Shown: positions 1 to 8,416 of the stretch, in pieces
How positions within the stretch are numbered: position 1 is the stretch's first letter
How the letters are laid out: each line of letters begins with the position of its first letter
NCBI GenBank assembly: GCA_041496385.1
Contig: JBGQEL010000069.1
Span: forward strand, 1-22,161
Source of the DNA: Candidatus Methylomirabilia bacterium
GTDB taxonomy: Bacteria > Methylomirabilota > Methylomirabilia > Rokubacteriales > CSP1-6
Direction: 5' to 3'
Length of the DNA stretch: 22,161 nucleotides
The notes under the pieces: generated by a model
Database searches by the model: none
Told to the model about the DNA's origin: nothing
Seen by the model: the letters and a program-made list of their open reading frames with translations, nothing else
Position numbers and translations under genes: made by a program

Positions 1-1
1 C

Positions 2-112
2 CACTTTCAGGACATCCACGTGATCACCCAGCACCTGCAGGGGCGCCTCTCCCACTACGAGCTGGTCGGGCGCCACTGGCTGGGGCTCGCGGTCGACGAG
101 GGACGACTCTAG
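2..112 (+). CDS. 3' end of an acyl-CoA dehydrogenase-like (HsaA/flavin-dependent hydroxylase type) protein, partial
   Basis: Frame from nt 2 reads HFQDIHVITQHLQGRLSHYELVGRHWLGLAVDEGRL* (TAG 110-112). The 'FxDIH..TQH' pattern resembles the C-terminal helix of Acyl-CoA_dh_2 proteins. Confidence 0.6.
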   Translation, partial: HFQDIHVITQHLQGRLSHYELVGRHWLGLAVDEGRL

Positions 113-324
113 CCCGGGCAATTCGTGAACGATCGCGCGCGAGGCGGACGGGTCCTGGCGCCGTGGGCTGTGCCCGCGCACCGGCTCCGTCACCCACTCG
201 CTCGATCGCAGCTCTTCGAGCTGCGGACGGGACTCGGGGGGCCCACTTCGCCGGCCGCGCGGGCACAGCCCGCGGCGCCACCCGTCCGACCTCAGTGTTC
301 TCGTCCATGAATAGTCCGGGCTAG
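109..324. mobile_element. MITE-like structured repeat, copy 1 (216 bp)
   Basis: Imperfect 24-bp terminal inverted repeats CTAGCCCGGGCAATTCGTGAACGA (109-132) and TCGTCCATGAATAGTCCGGGCTAG (301-324). Internal stem 165-179/257-271. Gap-free homologue in inverted orientation at 8417-8632. Confidence 0.85.
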
Positions 325-360
325 GCGCGGCGAAGCGCGCGGACGCCACCGGTCGTCGTG

Positions 361-366
361 TAGAAT
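361..366 (+). promoter_or_regulatory. -10 box TAGAAT, probable leaderless promoter of the MFS gene
   Basis: TAGAAT lies 7 nt upstream of ATG 374, with no Shine-Dalgarno. Confidence 0.6.
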
Positions 367-373
367 GCGCGTC

Positions 374-1573
374 ATGGGAAGATCGACCGCGCTGCTCCTC
401 AATGTCGGTCACGCGCTCGACCATCTGTTCCTGCTCATCTTCGCCACGGCGGTGGCCGCCATCGCGGCCGAGTGGGGCATGGTCTGGCAGGACCTGATGC
501 CGTACACGGTCGGCGCCTTCGTGATGTTCGGGCTCGGGTCGCTGCCCGCCGGCCGGCTCGGCGATCTGTGGGGCCGCCGCGCGATGATGGTCGTGTTCTT
601 CCTCGGCATGGGCGTCTGTGGGCTGCTGATCGCGCTGGCGTCCGGCGCCTGGTCCCTGGCGGCGGCGCTGACGCTCATGGGCGTCTTCTCCTCGATCTAT
701 CACCCGGTCGGCATCCCGATGCTCGTGCAGCAGGCGAAGAACCCCGGCTTCACGATCGGCGTCAACGGTCTCGCCGGCAACCTCGGCATCGCGGTCGCCG
801 CGGTGCTGACCGGGCTCCTCGTGAAGTACGTGGGCTGGCGCGCCGCGTTCGCCGTCCCCGGCGGGCTCGCGCTGCTCTGCGGCGTCCTGTTCCTGGCGCT
901 CGTGCCGCGCGAGGAGATGGCGCCCGCCAGGCGGCCGAAGAAGTCGGTCGATCTGCCGCGCGCCGTGATGGCGCGCGTGCTGCTCGTGATGACGCTCGCC
1001 GCGATCTCCAGCAGCCTCATCTTCAACTTCACGACCAACGGCAACGGCCAGCTGCTCACCGAGCGCCTCCGCGGGCTGATCGACGATCCCGCGACGGTGG
1101 GCGTGCTGCTCGCGGCGGTCTACACCGTGGCCTCGTTCGCCCAGCTCGTCGTCGGCAAGCTCATCGACCGCTACCCGCTGAAGTGGGTGTACCTGCCGGT
1201 CGTGGCCGCGCAGGTCCCGCTGTTCATCCTGGCGGCGGGCGCCGGTGGCTGGGCGCTCTACGCCGCGGTCGCCGCCTTCATGATCTTCGTGTTCGGCGCC
1301 ATCCCGTTCGTCGACGCCATGATCGTGCAGTACGTCGACGACCGGATGCGCTCGCGCGTGTCCGGGATCCGGCTGGCCGTGTCGTTCGGCGTCAGCTCGC
1401 TCGCGGTCTACCTGCTCGGACCCACGGTGAAGGCCGGCGGCTTCGGCACGCTCCTGACGGTCATGGCGGTGATCTCCGCCTTCACCACGTTCTTCGTGGC
1501 GCTGCTCCCCAGCCGCATCCCCCGCGCGGCGCCCGCGCCGCTGGCCGTGGCCGCGGCGGCGCAGCCGCGCTGA
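374..1573 (+). CDS. MFS transporter (MFS_1)
   Basis: About 12 hydrophobic segments and motif A 'GRLGDLWGRR' / 'GKLIDRYP'. Start placed at ATG 374 rather than 365 because of the -10 spacing. Confidence 0.9.
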   Translation: MGRSTALLLNVGHALDHLFLLIFATAVAAIAAEWGMVWQDLMPYTVGAFVMFGLGSLPAGRLGDLWGRRAMMVVFFLGMGVCGLLIALASGAWSLAAALTLMGVFSSIYHPVGIPMLVQQAKNPGFTIGVNGLAGNLGIAVAAVLTGLLVKYVGWRAAFAVPGGLALLCGVLFLALVPREEMAPARRPKKSVDLPRAVMARVLLVMTLAAISSSLIFNFTTNGNGQLLTERLRGLIDDPATVGVLLAAVYTVASFAQLVVGKLIDRYPLKWVYLPVVAAQVPLFILAAGAGGWALYAAVAAFMIFVFGAIPFVDAMIVQYVDDRMRSRVSGIRLAVSFGVSSLAVYLLGPTVKAGGFGTLLTVMAVISAFTTFFVALLPSRIPRAAPAPLAVAAAAQPR

Positions 1574-1602
1574 TCGACAGCTCGGGACGCGCCCCGAGCG
1601 CG

Positions 1603-2646
1603 ATGCTCTTTCCGACGACCCTCGTCGGCAGCTACCCGCAGCCCGACTGGTTGATCGACCGCCAGAAGCTCGCCGCCCGGTTCCCGCCACGCGTGCGGGC
1701 CCGCGAGCTGTGGCGCGTCGCCGAGCCGTGGCTCGCGGAGGCGCAGGACGACGCCACGCGGCTGGCGATCCGGGCCCAGGAAGACGCCGGGCTCGACATC
1801 GTCACCGACGGCGAGATCCGGCGCGAGAGCTACTCGAACCGCTTCGCGACGGCGCTCGCGGGCGTGGACATCGACAACCCCGGCACCGCCCTCGACCGCT
1901 CGGGCCACCCCAATCCCGTCCCGCGCATCGCCGGCCCGATCCGTCGCAAGCATCCGGTCGAGGTGCAGGACGTGCGCTTCCTGCGCGCGCACACGCGACG
2001 ACCGATCAAGATGACCGTGCCCGGCCCGTTCACCATGTCGCAGCAGGCGCAGAACGACTACTACCCGAGCGAGGAGGCGGCCGCGATGGACTACGCCGTC
2101 GCGGTGAACGAGGAGATCCGCGATCTCTTCGCCGCCGGCGCGGACATCGTGCAGATCGACGAGCCGTACATGCAGGCGCGCCCGGACAAGGCCCGGCAGT
2201 TCGGGCTCGCGGCGCTCAACCGGGCGCTCGCGGGCGTCACGGGCACGACGGCGGTGCACATCTGCTTCGGTTACGCGGCGATCATCCACCAGCGGCCGTC
2301 GGGCTACTCGTTCCTGCCCGAGCTGGCCGGGTGCGCCTGCGCGCAGGTCTCCATCGAGACGGCGCAATCGAAGCTCGACTGCTCGGTGCTCGCAACGCTC
2401 GCCGGCAAGCAGATCATGCTGGGCTGCCTCGACCTCGACGACCCGGCGGTCGAGACGCCGGCGACGATCGTCGAGCGCGTCAAGCGCGCCCTGCCCCACG
2501 TCAGGCCGGAGCACGTCATCCTGGCGCCCGATTGCGGGATGAAGTACCTGGCGCGCGACGTCGCGTTCGCGAAGCTGACGGCGATGGTCGCGGCGGCGAA
2601 GCTGCTGCGCGCCGAGTTCGCCGAGCCTCGCCCTCGCCCGGCATGA
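1603..2646 (+). CDS. Single-domain cobalamin-independent methionine synthase-like protein (Meth_synt_2 family)
   Basis: Begins MLFPTTLVGSYPQPDW. Contains 'AGLDIVTDGEIRR' and 'IVQIDEP', plus Zn ligands HIC...E...PDCG. 347 aa, corresponding to the C-terminal half of MetE only. Confidence 0.88.
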   Translation: MLFPTTLVGSYPQPDWLIDRQKLAARFPPRVRARELWRVAEPWLAEAQDDATRLAIRAQEDAGLDIVTDGEIRRESYSNRFATALAGVDIDNPGTALDRSGHPNPVPRIAGPIRRKHPVEVQDVRFLRAHTRRPIKMTVPGPFTMSQQAQNDYYPSEEAAAMDYAVAVNEEIRDLFAAGADIVQIDEPYMQARPDKARQFGLAALNRALAGVTGTTAVHICFGYAAIIHQRPSGYSFLPELAGCACAQVSIETAQSKLDCSVLATLAGKQIMLGCLDLDDPAVETPATIVERVKRALPHVRPEHVILAPDCGMKYLARDVAFAKLTAMVAAAKLLRAEFAEPRPRPA

Positions 2647-4272
2647 CGCGCCGGCCGCGCGGGGCGGCGCTCCTCCTCGCCGCGGCGCTTCTGGCGCTCG
2701 CGACCGGCGCGCGGGCGCAGATCCCGCTCGAGCTGCGCTTCGACGGCCAGGCGCTCGATCCCGCGGCGCCGCCGGATTTCAGCTGCTTCAGCGGCACGCT
2801 GAACCGCTGGGTAAGCTGCCGCGTCCAGAAGGCGGAGGCGCCCGGCGCGTACGTGCTCGAGCGCCTCGAGCCCGGCAAGTACCGCATGCACGTCAGCATC
2901 GACGAGAACCCGGCCAACCCGCGCCGCTTTCCGGGCGACTATGAAGCCCAGCTCGTGTTCGAGGTCGGCGACGGACGGCCCGAGCGGCTCGTCGTGGACC
3001 TGCCGCGCCTCATCCATCTGACGCGCCCGGGCGACAACGGCCGCGCGCTCGAGGGCATGCTCACGAGCTGCGCGACGCAGCCCGCGTTCGAGACGCCGCG
3101 CTATTCCTGGGGCCCCTCGGCGAAGGTGGAGTTCGCGTGGGAGCCGATCGTCGCCGGCGCCGAGTACCGGTACACGATTTTCGCCCGCGCCTGCGCCCCG
3201 TCCGGCGCGCAGCGACCGGTCGCGAAGGAGAGCACCGGCGCCACCGCGGTCGCCCTCGAGCTGCCGCCGAGCGCGGACGGCGAGCACTACGTCTTCCGCG
3301 TCGAGGCCTGGAAGGACGGCCGCCTCGTCGGCGACCTCTACACCCACGACGGCGGGACGCACTCCTGGAACTATCGCTTCCGCGTGCGCGATGCGAGCGT
3401 GCCGCGCTGGGCGTACGCCGCCGCGGGCGGCGGGCTGCTGCTCCTGGTGCTGGGCGCGTGGCAGGCCCTCCACGCCGTCGAGGGAGCGCGGCGGCGCCGC
3501 CGCGTGCGCCTGCTCGCGGGCGGGACGCTCGCGGTGATCGTCATCGGGGCCCTCGCGGGCGGGGGCTACTACTATTACCAGGACCGCGAGCGGCGCCGGG
3601 CCGAGGTCGAGAAGACGGCGGCCGAGGCCGCGCGGCAGGTGCGACAGCGCGAGTTCATCGCCGCGTTCGTCTCGGCGGCGCCGCGCCCCGACTGGTGGGA
3701 GAGCGTCGAGACGCCCTACCGGGTGGACACGCTCGGCGACCTGCTCTCCGCCTGGCAGGGCCACCCGCGCGGCGACGACGGCCGTGGCGAGCGGCAGTTC
3801 TTCAAGGCTGCGTACCAGGGCATCCTCGACCACCCGGACGACGCGCACGTGGTCGCCACCGGCATCGACCTGCTGCACTGGGTCGTGCGCGACTACCCGC
3901 ACCGCCTCGAGCTGGCGCGCTTCGGCTACGACCGCTACTTCGGCCACCGCGCGCGCACCGACAACTGCGCGAACTGCATGGTGGGCGACACGAGCCAGTC
4001 CCCTCGCGCTGAATCTGAGCCAGCTCTACGCCGCCGCCGGCCGGCACGACGAGGCGATCGCAGTCTGCCGCCGGCTGATCGACGAGCGCGGCGCCGACGT
4101 GAGCCCCTACAAGCTCGCCGAGACCTGGAATCAGCTGGCCTGGGTGCACTGGGGCAAGGGCGAGCGCGCGCGGGCGATGGAGATCGTCCGGGACGCGATC
4201 GCGCGCTACGGCTCCACCGTCCGCGGCGACGTCCTTCGGCGCACCCTGGCCCAGTTCGAGCGCGGCGGCTGA
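2643..4272 (+). CDS. Exported, membrane-anchored protein with C-terminal TPR-like repeats; +1 frameshift at about 4000 (pseudogene or sequence error)
   Basis: ATGA overlap with the upstream gene. Signal peptide MTRRPRGAALLLAAALLALATGARA-Q, a beta-rich domain, and two TM helices separated by RRRRR. Removing one C from CCCC (4000-4003) joins ...GDTSQS to LALNLSQLYAAAGRHDEAIAVCRRLI... ending at TGA 4272, giving 542 aa. Confidence 0.75.
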
Positions 4273-4287
4273 GGGGCGGACCGGATC

Positions 4288-5502
4288 TCAGAGCCGCCGC
4301 ACCCGCGGGAACAGGAACGCGGCGGCGCCGGTCAGCGCCACGAGCGCCAGGCCGCTTGCGCCGAGAGCCAGGGTGACGCCGAACGCCGACGCGAGCGCGC
4401 CGATCTGCAGCTGCCCCAGCGGCGCGAGCCCGATCGCGACCACCCAGGCGCCCCCCGCGTGGCCCCGCAGGTGACCCGGCACGCTGAGCTGCATCAGGCT
4501 CTGCGAGAGCAGGTCCGAGAGCGCGCCCAGCGCGTTCACGACGACGAGGACGACGATGACGCCGGCGAAGTCCATGAAGCGCGGGGCGGCGCCGAGGCCG
4601 ACGACGCTCGCGCCGAAGACCAGGAGCACCCCGAGGAAGAGCGTGCCGCCGCCGCGCGCCGGGCCGCGCGCCGAGATGAGGACGAGGCCGAGGATCCCGC
4701 CGACGGCGCGCGCCGCGTTCAGGGCGCCCAGCCCCTCGGGTCCGACGTGGAGGATGTCGCGCGCGAGGCTGGGCAGGAGCGCCTGGTGGGAGAAGCCGAG
4801 GATCTCCGCTCCCGCCGTGAGCAGCATGAGCACGGGGAGCACGCGGTCCGTCCGGATGGCCGTGACGAAGCCGACGATGCTGTCCCACACCGACCCCGGC
4901 GCCGGTGGCGCGGTCCTCGCCGGCGCCGCGCTCGGGAGCAGCGCGGCCGCGCCCGCGAGATAGCCGACGGCCACCGCGAGGTAGGCCGCGCCGGAGCCGA
5001 GGCGCGCGATGACCACGCCGATGCCGAGCGAGCCGAAGAGCCAGCCGACGCGCATCGCGACGCCCAGAATAGCGAGCCCGTTCACCAGCTCCCGCGCGCC
5101 GACGACGTCGTGCGTGTAGCCCTGCCGCGCCGCCCACTCGACGGCGCGGACGACGCCCCCGGCGAAGGTGAGCAGCAGCAGGTGCGTCAGGCGCACGCGG
5201 CCGGCGAGTGTGAGGGCGCCGAGGGTCGCCGTGATGAGCGCCTGGCCGGCGCCCGTCAGCATCAGCAGGCGGTGGCGCGGGAACCGGTCGGCCAGGATAC
5301 CGGCGGGCACCCCGGCGAAGAAGAGCGGGAGCGCCCGCATCCCCAGCGCCACACCGACCAGGAAGGGCGAGTTCGTCAGCTCGAGCGCGAGCCAGCCGAG
5401 CACGACGGCCTCGCCCATCATCCCGACGGAGTTCAGGGCCAGCGAGGCGCCGAGACAGCGAAAGTCCGCCAGGCGGAGGAGTGACAGCTGGAGGAAGGGC
5501 AC
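4288..5502 (-). CDS. MFS transporter (MFS_3/EntS-MefA-like)
   Basis: Hydrophobic 404-aa protein with 'GWLALELTNSPFLVG', 'AGILADRFPR' and 'LMQLSVPGHLRG'. GTG start at 5502 is preceded by TATCTT at 8 nt. Confidence 0.85.
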   Translation of the reverse strand: MPFLQLSLLRLADFRCLGASLALNSVGMMGEAVVLGWLALELTNSPFLVGVALGMRALPLFFAGVPAGILADRFPRHRLLMLTGAGQALITATLGALTLAGRVRLTHLLLLTFAGGVVRAVEWAARQGYTHDVVGARELVNGLAILGVAMRVGWLFGSLGIGVVIARLGSGAAYLAVAVGYLAGAAALLPSAAPARTAPPAPGSVWDSIVGFVTAIRTDRVLPVLMLLTAGAEILGFSHQALLPSLARDILHVGPEGLGALNAARAVGGILGLVLISARGPARGGGTLFLGVLLVFGASVVGLGAAPRFMDFAGVIVVLVVVNALGALSDLLSQSLMQLSVPGHLRGHAGGAWVVAIGLAPLGQLQIGALASAFGVTLALGASGLALVALTGAAAFLFPRVRRL

Positions 5503-5577
5503 GTCTGAGCAAGATACCGGAGCCTCGGCCGCCAGCCGCAACCTTTCGGGCGCCGCCGGCGACGTATAGTCAGGGCG

Positions 5578-5754
5578 ATGGAGAACGACGACCTGATCGT
5601 CCGCCGGGTGCTCGCCACCCAGCGGGCCATCGCGGACGGCAAGGCCGAGCCCGAGCCGGTGGAGAAGGCGTGGCGCTCGTTCCGCGCGCTGCCGCGGCGC
5701 GAGCACGCGTGGCTCCGCGTGCGGCCCCCCCGCGGGGCCGCGGAGCGAGCGTGA
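5578..5754 (+). CDS. Small hypothetical protein (58 aa)
   Basis: MENDDLIVRRVLATQRAIADGKAEPEPVEKAWRSFRALPRREHAWLRVRPPRGAAERA*. High GC3, fills the intergenic gap, and has TATAGT (5565-5570) 7 nt upstream. Absent from the ORF track, presumably below its length cutoff. Confidence 0.6.
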   Translation: MENDDLIVRRVLATQRAIADGKAEPEPVEKAWRSFRALPRREHAWLRVRPPRGAAERA

Positions 5755-5779
5755 GCGGAGTCGGGTATACTCGGGCGCG

Positions 5780-6421
5780 ATGAGCCAGAAGACGGCGGCC
5801 GGCGCGGCGGCGGGCGTGGTCGAGGATCGCGTGATCCCGCCCGGCGAGTGCTGGGCGCGCGTGCTCACGCGCGGCCAGACGCTCCGGATCATCGACCTCG
5901 AGGGCAAGCAGGCCGTGGACTTCCTCTGCTACAACGCCGCAAACCCGGAGGAGCGCTACAACGCGGCCGACACGATGAAGTACGCGAAGACGATCTTCGT
6001 CACGAAGGGGCACGGCATCTACTCGGACCAGGGCCGGCGCCTGCTCACGATCGTCGAGGACACCTGCGGCCGGCACGACACGATCGGCGGCTGCTGCAGC
6101 GCCGCGAGCAACGAGCTCCGCTACGGCGTCAAGGACACGCCGAGCTGCCGCGCGAACTTCCGGCGGGCGCTGGAGGGCTTCGGCCTCGGCCCCAGGGACA
6201 TCGTCGCCAACCTCAACTTCTTCATGAACGTCCCGGTCGAGCCCGACGGAACCATGGGGATCGTGGACGGCCTCTCGAAGCCCGGCGACTACGTGGACCT
6301 GCGCGCGGAGATGGACGTGCTCGCGGCGATCTCGAACTGCCCCCAGATCTACAACCCGTGCAACGGCTTCACGCCCACGCCGATCCGGCTCATCGTGACG
6401 GCGCCGGGCGCGTCCGCCTGA
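5780..6421 (+). CDS. DUF1989 / urea carboxylase-associated family protein (CgdB/UAAP2-like)
   Basis: Motifs 'GQTLRIIDLEGKQAVD', 'DTCGRHDTIGGCC', 'NFFMNVPV' and 'SNCPQIYNPCNG..PTPI'. TATACT lies 8 nt upstream. Confidence 0.9.
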   Translation: MSQKTAAGAAAGVVEDRVIPPGECWARVLTRGQTLRIIDLEGKQAVDFLCYNAANPEERYNAADTMKYAKTIFVTKGHGIYSDQGRRLLTIVEDTCGRHDTIGGCCSAASNELRYGVKDTPSCRANFRRALEGFGLGPRDIVANLNFFMNVPVEPDGTMGIVDGLSKPGDYVDLRAEMDVLAAISNCPQIYNPCNGFTPTPIRLIVTAPGASA

Positions 6422-7181
6422 TCTCCTCGACGGCCGCCGCGTAACCCGCGCGCAGCACCGCCGTGTCGGACGAGTAGTTCACGATCGTCGCGCCGAGCGC
6501 GATCATCTGCCTCACGCCCTCCACGCTGTCGATCGCCATCGACACCGCCTTGCCGTGCTTGCGCGCGGCCTCCGCCAACCGGCGCCGGTGCTCGTCGAGC
6601 ACCTCGCGCTGCCGCGGCGCGCCCAGCACGCCGAGGTCCTGCGCCAGGTCGGTCGGCCCGATCGTGAGCGCGTCGATCCCCGGCACCGCGGCGATCGCGT
6701 CGAGCCGCTCGAACGACCGCTTCGTCTCCAGCATGGCCGTCACGTGCACGCGCGCGTTGGCGGCGGCCGTGTGCTCGGCGGGCGGGAGTGCGCGGTAGCC
6801 GGTGTGCGGGCCGAAGCCGTACATGCCCCGCTCGCCGAGCGGCGCGTAGCGGGTGCACGCCACCACGGCCGCCGCCTGCTCCGGCGTGTCCACCTGCGGG
6901 ACGTGAAGGTTCCAGACGCCGGCGTCGAGCAGCCGCGTGATCCACTCGCGGTTGCCCTCAGGCGGGCGGACCACGAGCGGGAAGTCGAGCGCGCGCGCGA
7001 GCGCGGCCATGTCGGCCACGGTCTCCATCGAGAACGCCGAGTGCTCCAGATCGAGCCGCGCGAAGTCCAGGCCGGCGGCCTGGAGCAGCGTCAGCACCGC
7101 CGGCGTCCGGATCATGGTGATCCATGTGCCGATCTGCACCTCGCCCCGCTCCGAGCGCGTCCGGTAAGCGTTGTCGTTCAT
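6390..7181 (-). CDS. HpcH/HpaI aldolase family protein (GarL-like)
   Basis: Motifs 'AGLDFARLDLEHS', 'RLLDAG', 'RYAPLGERG', 'AMLET' and 'GIDALTIGPTDLA'. Start MNDNAY at 7181 with CATAAT 6 nt upstream. Confidence 0.9.
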   Translation of the reverse strand: MNDNAYRTRSERGEVQIGTWITMIRTPAVLTLLQAAGLDFARLDLEHSAFSMETVADMAALARALDFPLVVRPPEGNREWITRLLDAGVWNLHVPQVDTPEQAAAVVACTRYAPLGERGMYGFGPHTGYRALPPAEHTAAANARVHVTAMLETKRSFERLDAIAAVPGIDALTIGPTDLAQDLGVLGAPRQREVLDEHRRRLAEAARKHGKAVSMAIDSVEGVRQMIALGATIVNYSSDTAVLRAGYAAAVEEIRRTRPAPSR

Positions 7182-7218
7182 GCCGGCATTATGCCGCGGT
7201 GTTAGACTCCGGACCTGA

Positions 7219-8415
7219 ATGACTGAGCCGCGCCGCCCCCTCGACGGAATCCGCGTGCTCGAGCTGGCCCAGGTGGTCGCCGGCCCGTTCTGCGGCACGC
7301 TCATGGCCGAGTTCGGCGCCGAGGTGATCAAGATCGAGATGCCCGGCCGCGGCGACGACCTGCGGCGCCTCGGTCCGTCCGAGGACGGCCACGGCTACTG
7401 GTTCGCCGTCGACAACCGGAACAAGATGCTCATGACCCTCGACCTCCACGCCGCGAAGGGCCAGGACCTCGTCCGCCGGATGGTGACTCACTGCGACGTC
7501 GTCCTCGAGAACTTCCGGCCCGGCGTCCTCGAGCGCTGGGGGCTCGGGTGGCACGCGCTGCACGCGATCAACCCGCGCCTGGTGATGGCGCGCATCACCG
7601 CGTTCGGCCAGACGGGCCCGCTCAACCAGGGGCCCGGCTACGCCGCGATCGGGTCGGCGTTCGGCGGGACCTGGTACGTCAACGGCCCGGCCGATCGGCC
7701 GCCGGCGCGTCCGACGCCCGTCTACCCCGACTACATGACCGGGCTCTTCACCGCGTTCGGCGTGCTCGCCGCGCTCCGCCACCGCGACGCGACCGGCGAG
7801 GGCCAGTGGATCGACGCCGCGCTCTACGAGTCCGCCTTCCGCGTCATGGAGTACACGACCACGCTCTACGGCCGGCAGGGCGTCGTGCGCGAGCGCGGCA
7901 GCCTCCAGCACGCGGGCTGGCCCGGCGGCGCGTTCGCGACGCAAGACGGCAAGTGGATCGTCTTCACGGCGCCGGCGCAGCACCTCTTCGAGCGGCTCTG
8001 CGCGATGATCGGGCGGCCCGAGCTGCCGCGCGACGCGCGGTTCGCGAGCGCGGCGGAGCGGCCCAAGCACATCGACGTCATCCTGGAGCTCATGACCCAG
8101 TGGTTCGCCGCGCGGCCCTTCGACAAGGCCGTCGCGGAGCTGCGGGCGCACGACATCCCGCACTCGCCGGTCATGAGCATGGCCGACATCTTCGCCGACC
8201 CGCACTACCGCGCGCGCGAGATGCTCATCGACGTCCCCGCCGAGGGCCTGGGCGTGCTGCCGCAGCCCGGCGTCGTCCCCAAGCTCTCGCGGACGCCCGG
8301 CCGCGTCACGCACGCCGGCGCCGCGCTCGGTCGGCACACGGACGAGATCCTCGCGGGGCTGCTGGGGCTGACCGCCGGCGAGATCGCGGCGCTCCGCGCC
8401 GCCGGCGTGGTCTAA
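7219..8415 (+). CDS. CoA-transferase family III (CaiB/BaiF)
   Basis: Motifs 'PLDGIRVLEL', 'AGPFCG..MAEFGAEVIKIE', 'NRNK', 'DVVLENFRPG' and 'LGRHTDEIL'. Confidence 0.93.
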   Translation: MTEPRRPLDGIRVLELAQVVAGPFCGTLMAEFGAEVIKIEMPGRGDDLRRLGPSEDGHGYWFAVDNRNKMLMTLDLHAAKGQDLVRRMVTHCDVVLENFRPGVLERWGLGWHALHAINPRLVMARITAFGQTGPLNQGPGYAAIGSAFGGTWYVNGPADRPPARPTPVYPDYMTGLFTAFGVLAALRHRDATGEGQWIDAALYESAFRVMEYTTTLYGRQGVVRERGSLQHAGWPGGAFATQDGKWIVFTAPAQHLFERLCAMIGRPELPRDARFASAAERPKHIDVILELMTQWFAARPFDKAVAELRAHDIPHSPVMSMADIFADPHYRAREMLIDVPAEGLGVLPQPGVVPKLSRTPGRVTHAGAALGRHTDEILAGLLGLTAGEIAALRAAGVV

Positions 8416-8416
8416 A

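Noticed and set aside
24..308. ORFs MDENTEVGRV... (24-308, -) and MTEDTEVGRV... (8433-8618, +) as paralogous small proteins
   Set aside because: They lie inside the 216-bp repeat. Substitutions are frequently non-synonymous but preserve base pairing, and the stop positions differ.
472..1602. Apparent long N-terminal extensions or fusions in the ORF track (472-2646, 1710-4376, 13113-16124, 14348-17404, 8629-10689, 4288-5907)
   Set aside because: The extensions are Arg/Gly/Ala-rich off-frame reads of neighbouring genes. Real starts are supported by motifs, SD or -10 boxes, and stop-start overlaps.
5700..5779. Guanidine riboswitch upstream of DUF1989
   Set aside because: No twin ACGR-loop hairpins or ykkC motif are visible. 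The one hairpin lies within the small ORF, and the -10 box sits right at the start codon.
6390..6421. 32-bp convergent 3' overlap of the DUF1989 and aldolase genes
   Set aside because: Such overlaps are common in compact GC-rich genomes, and there is no further signal.
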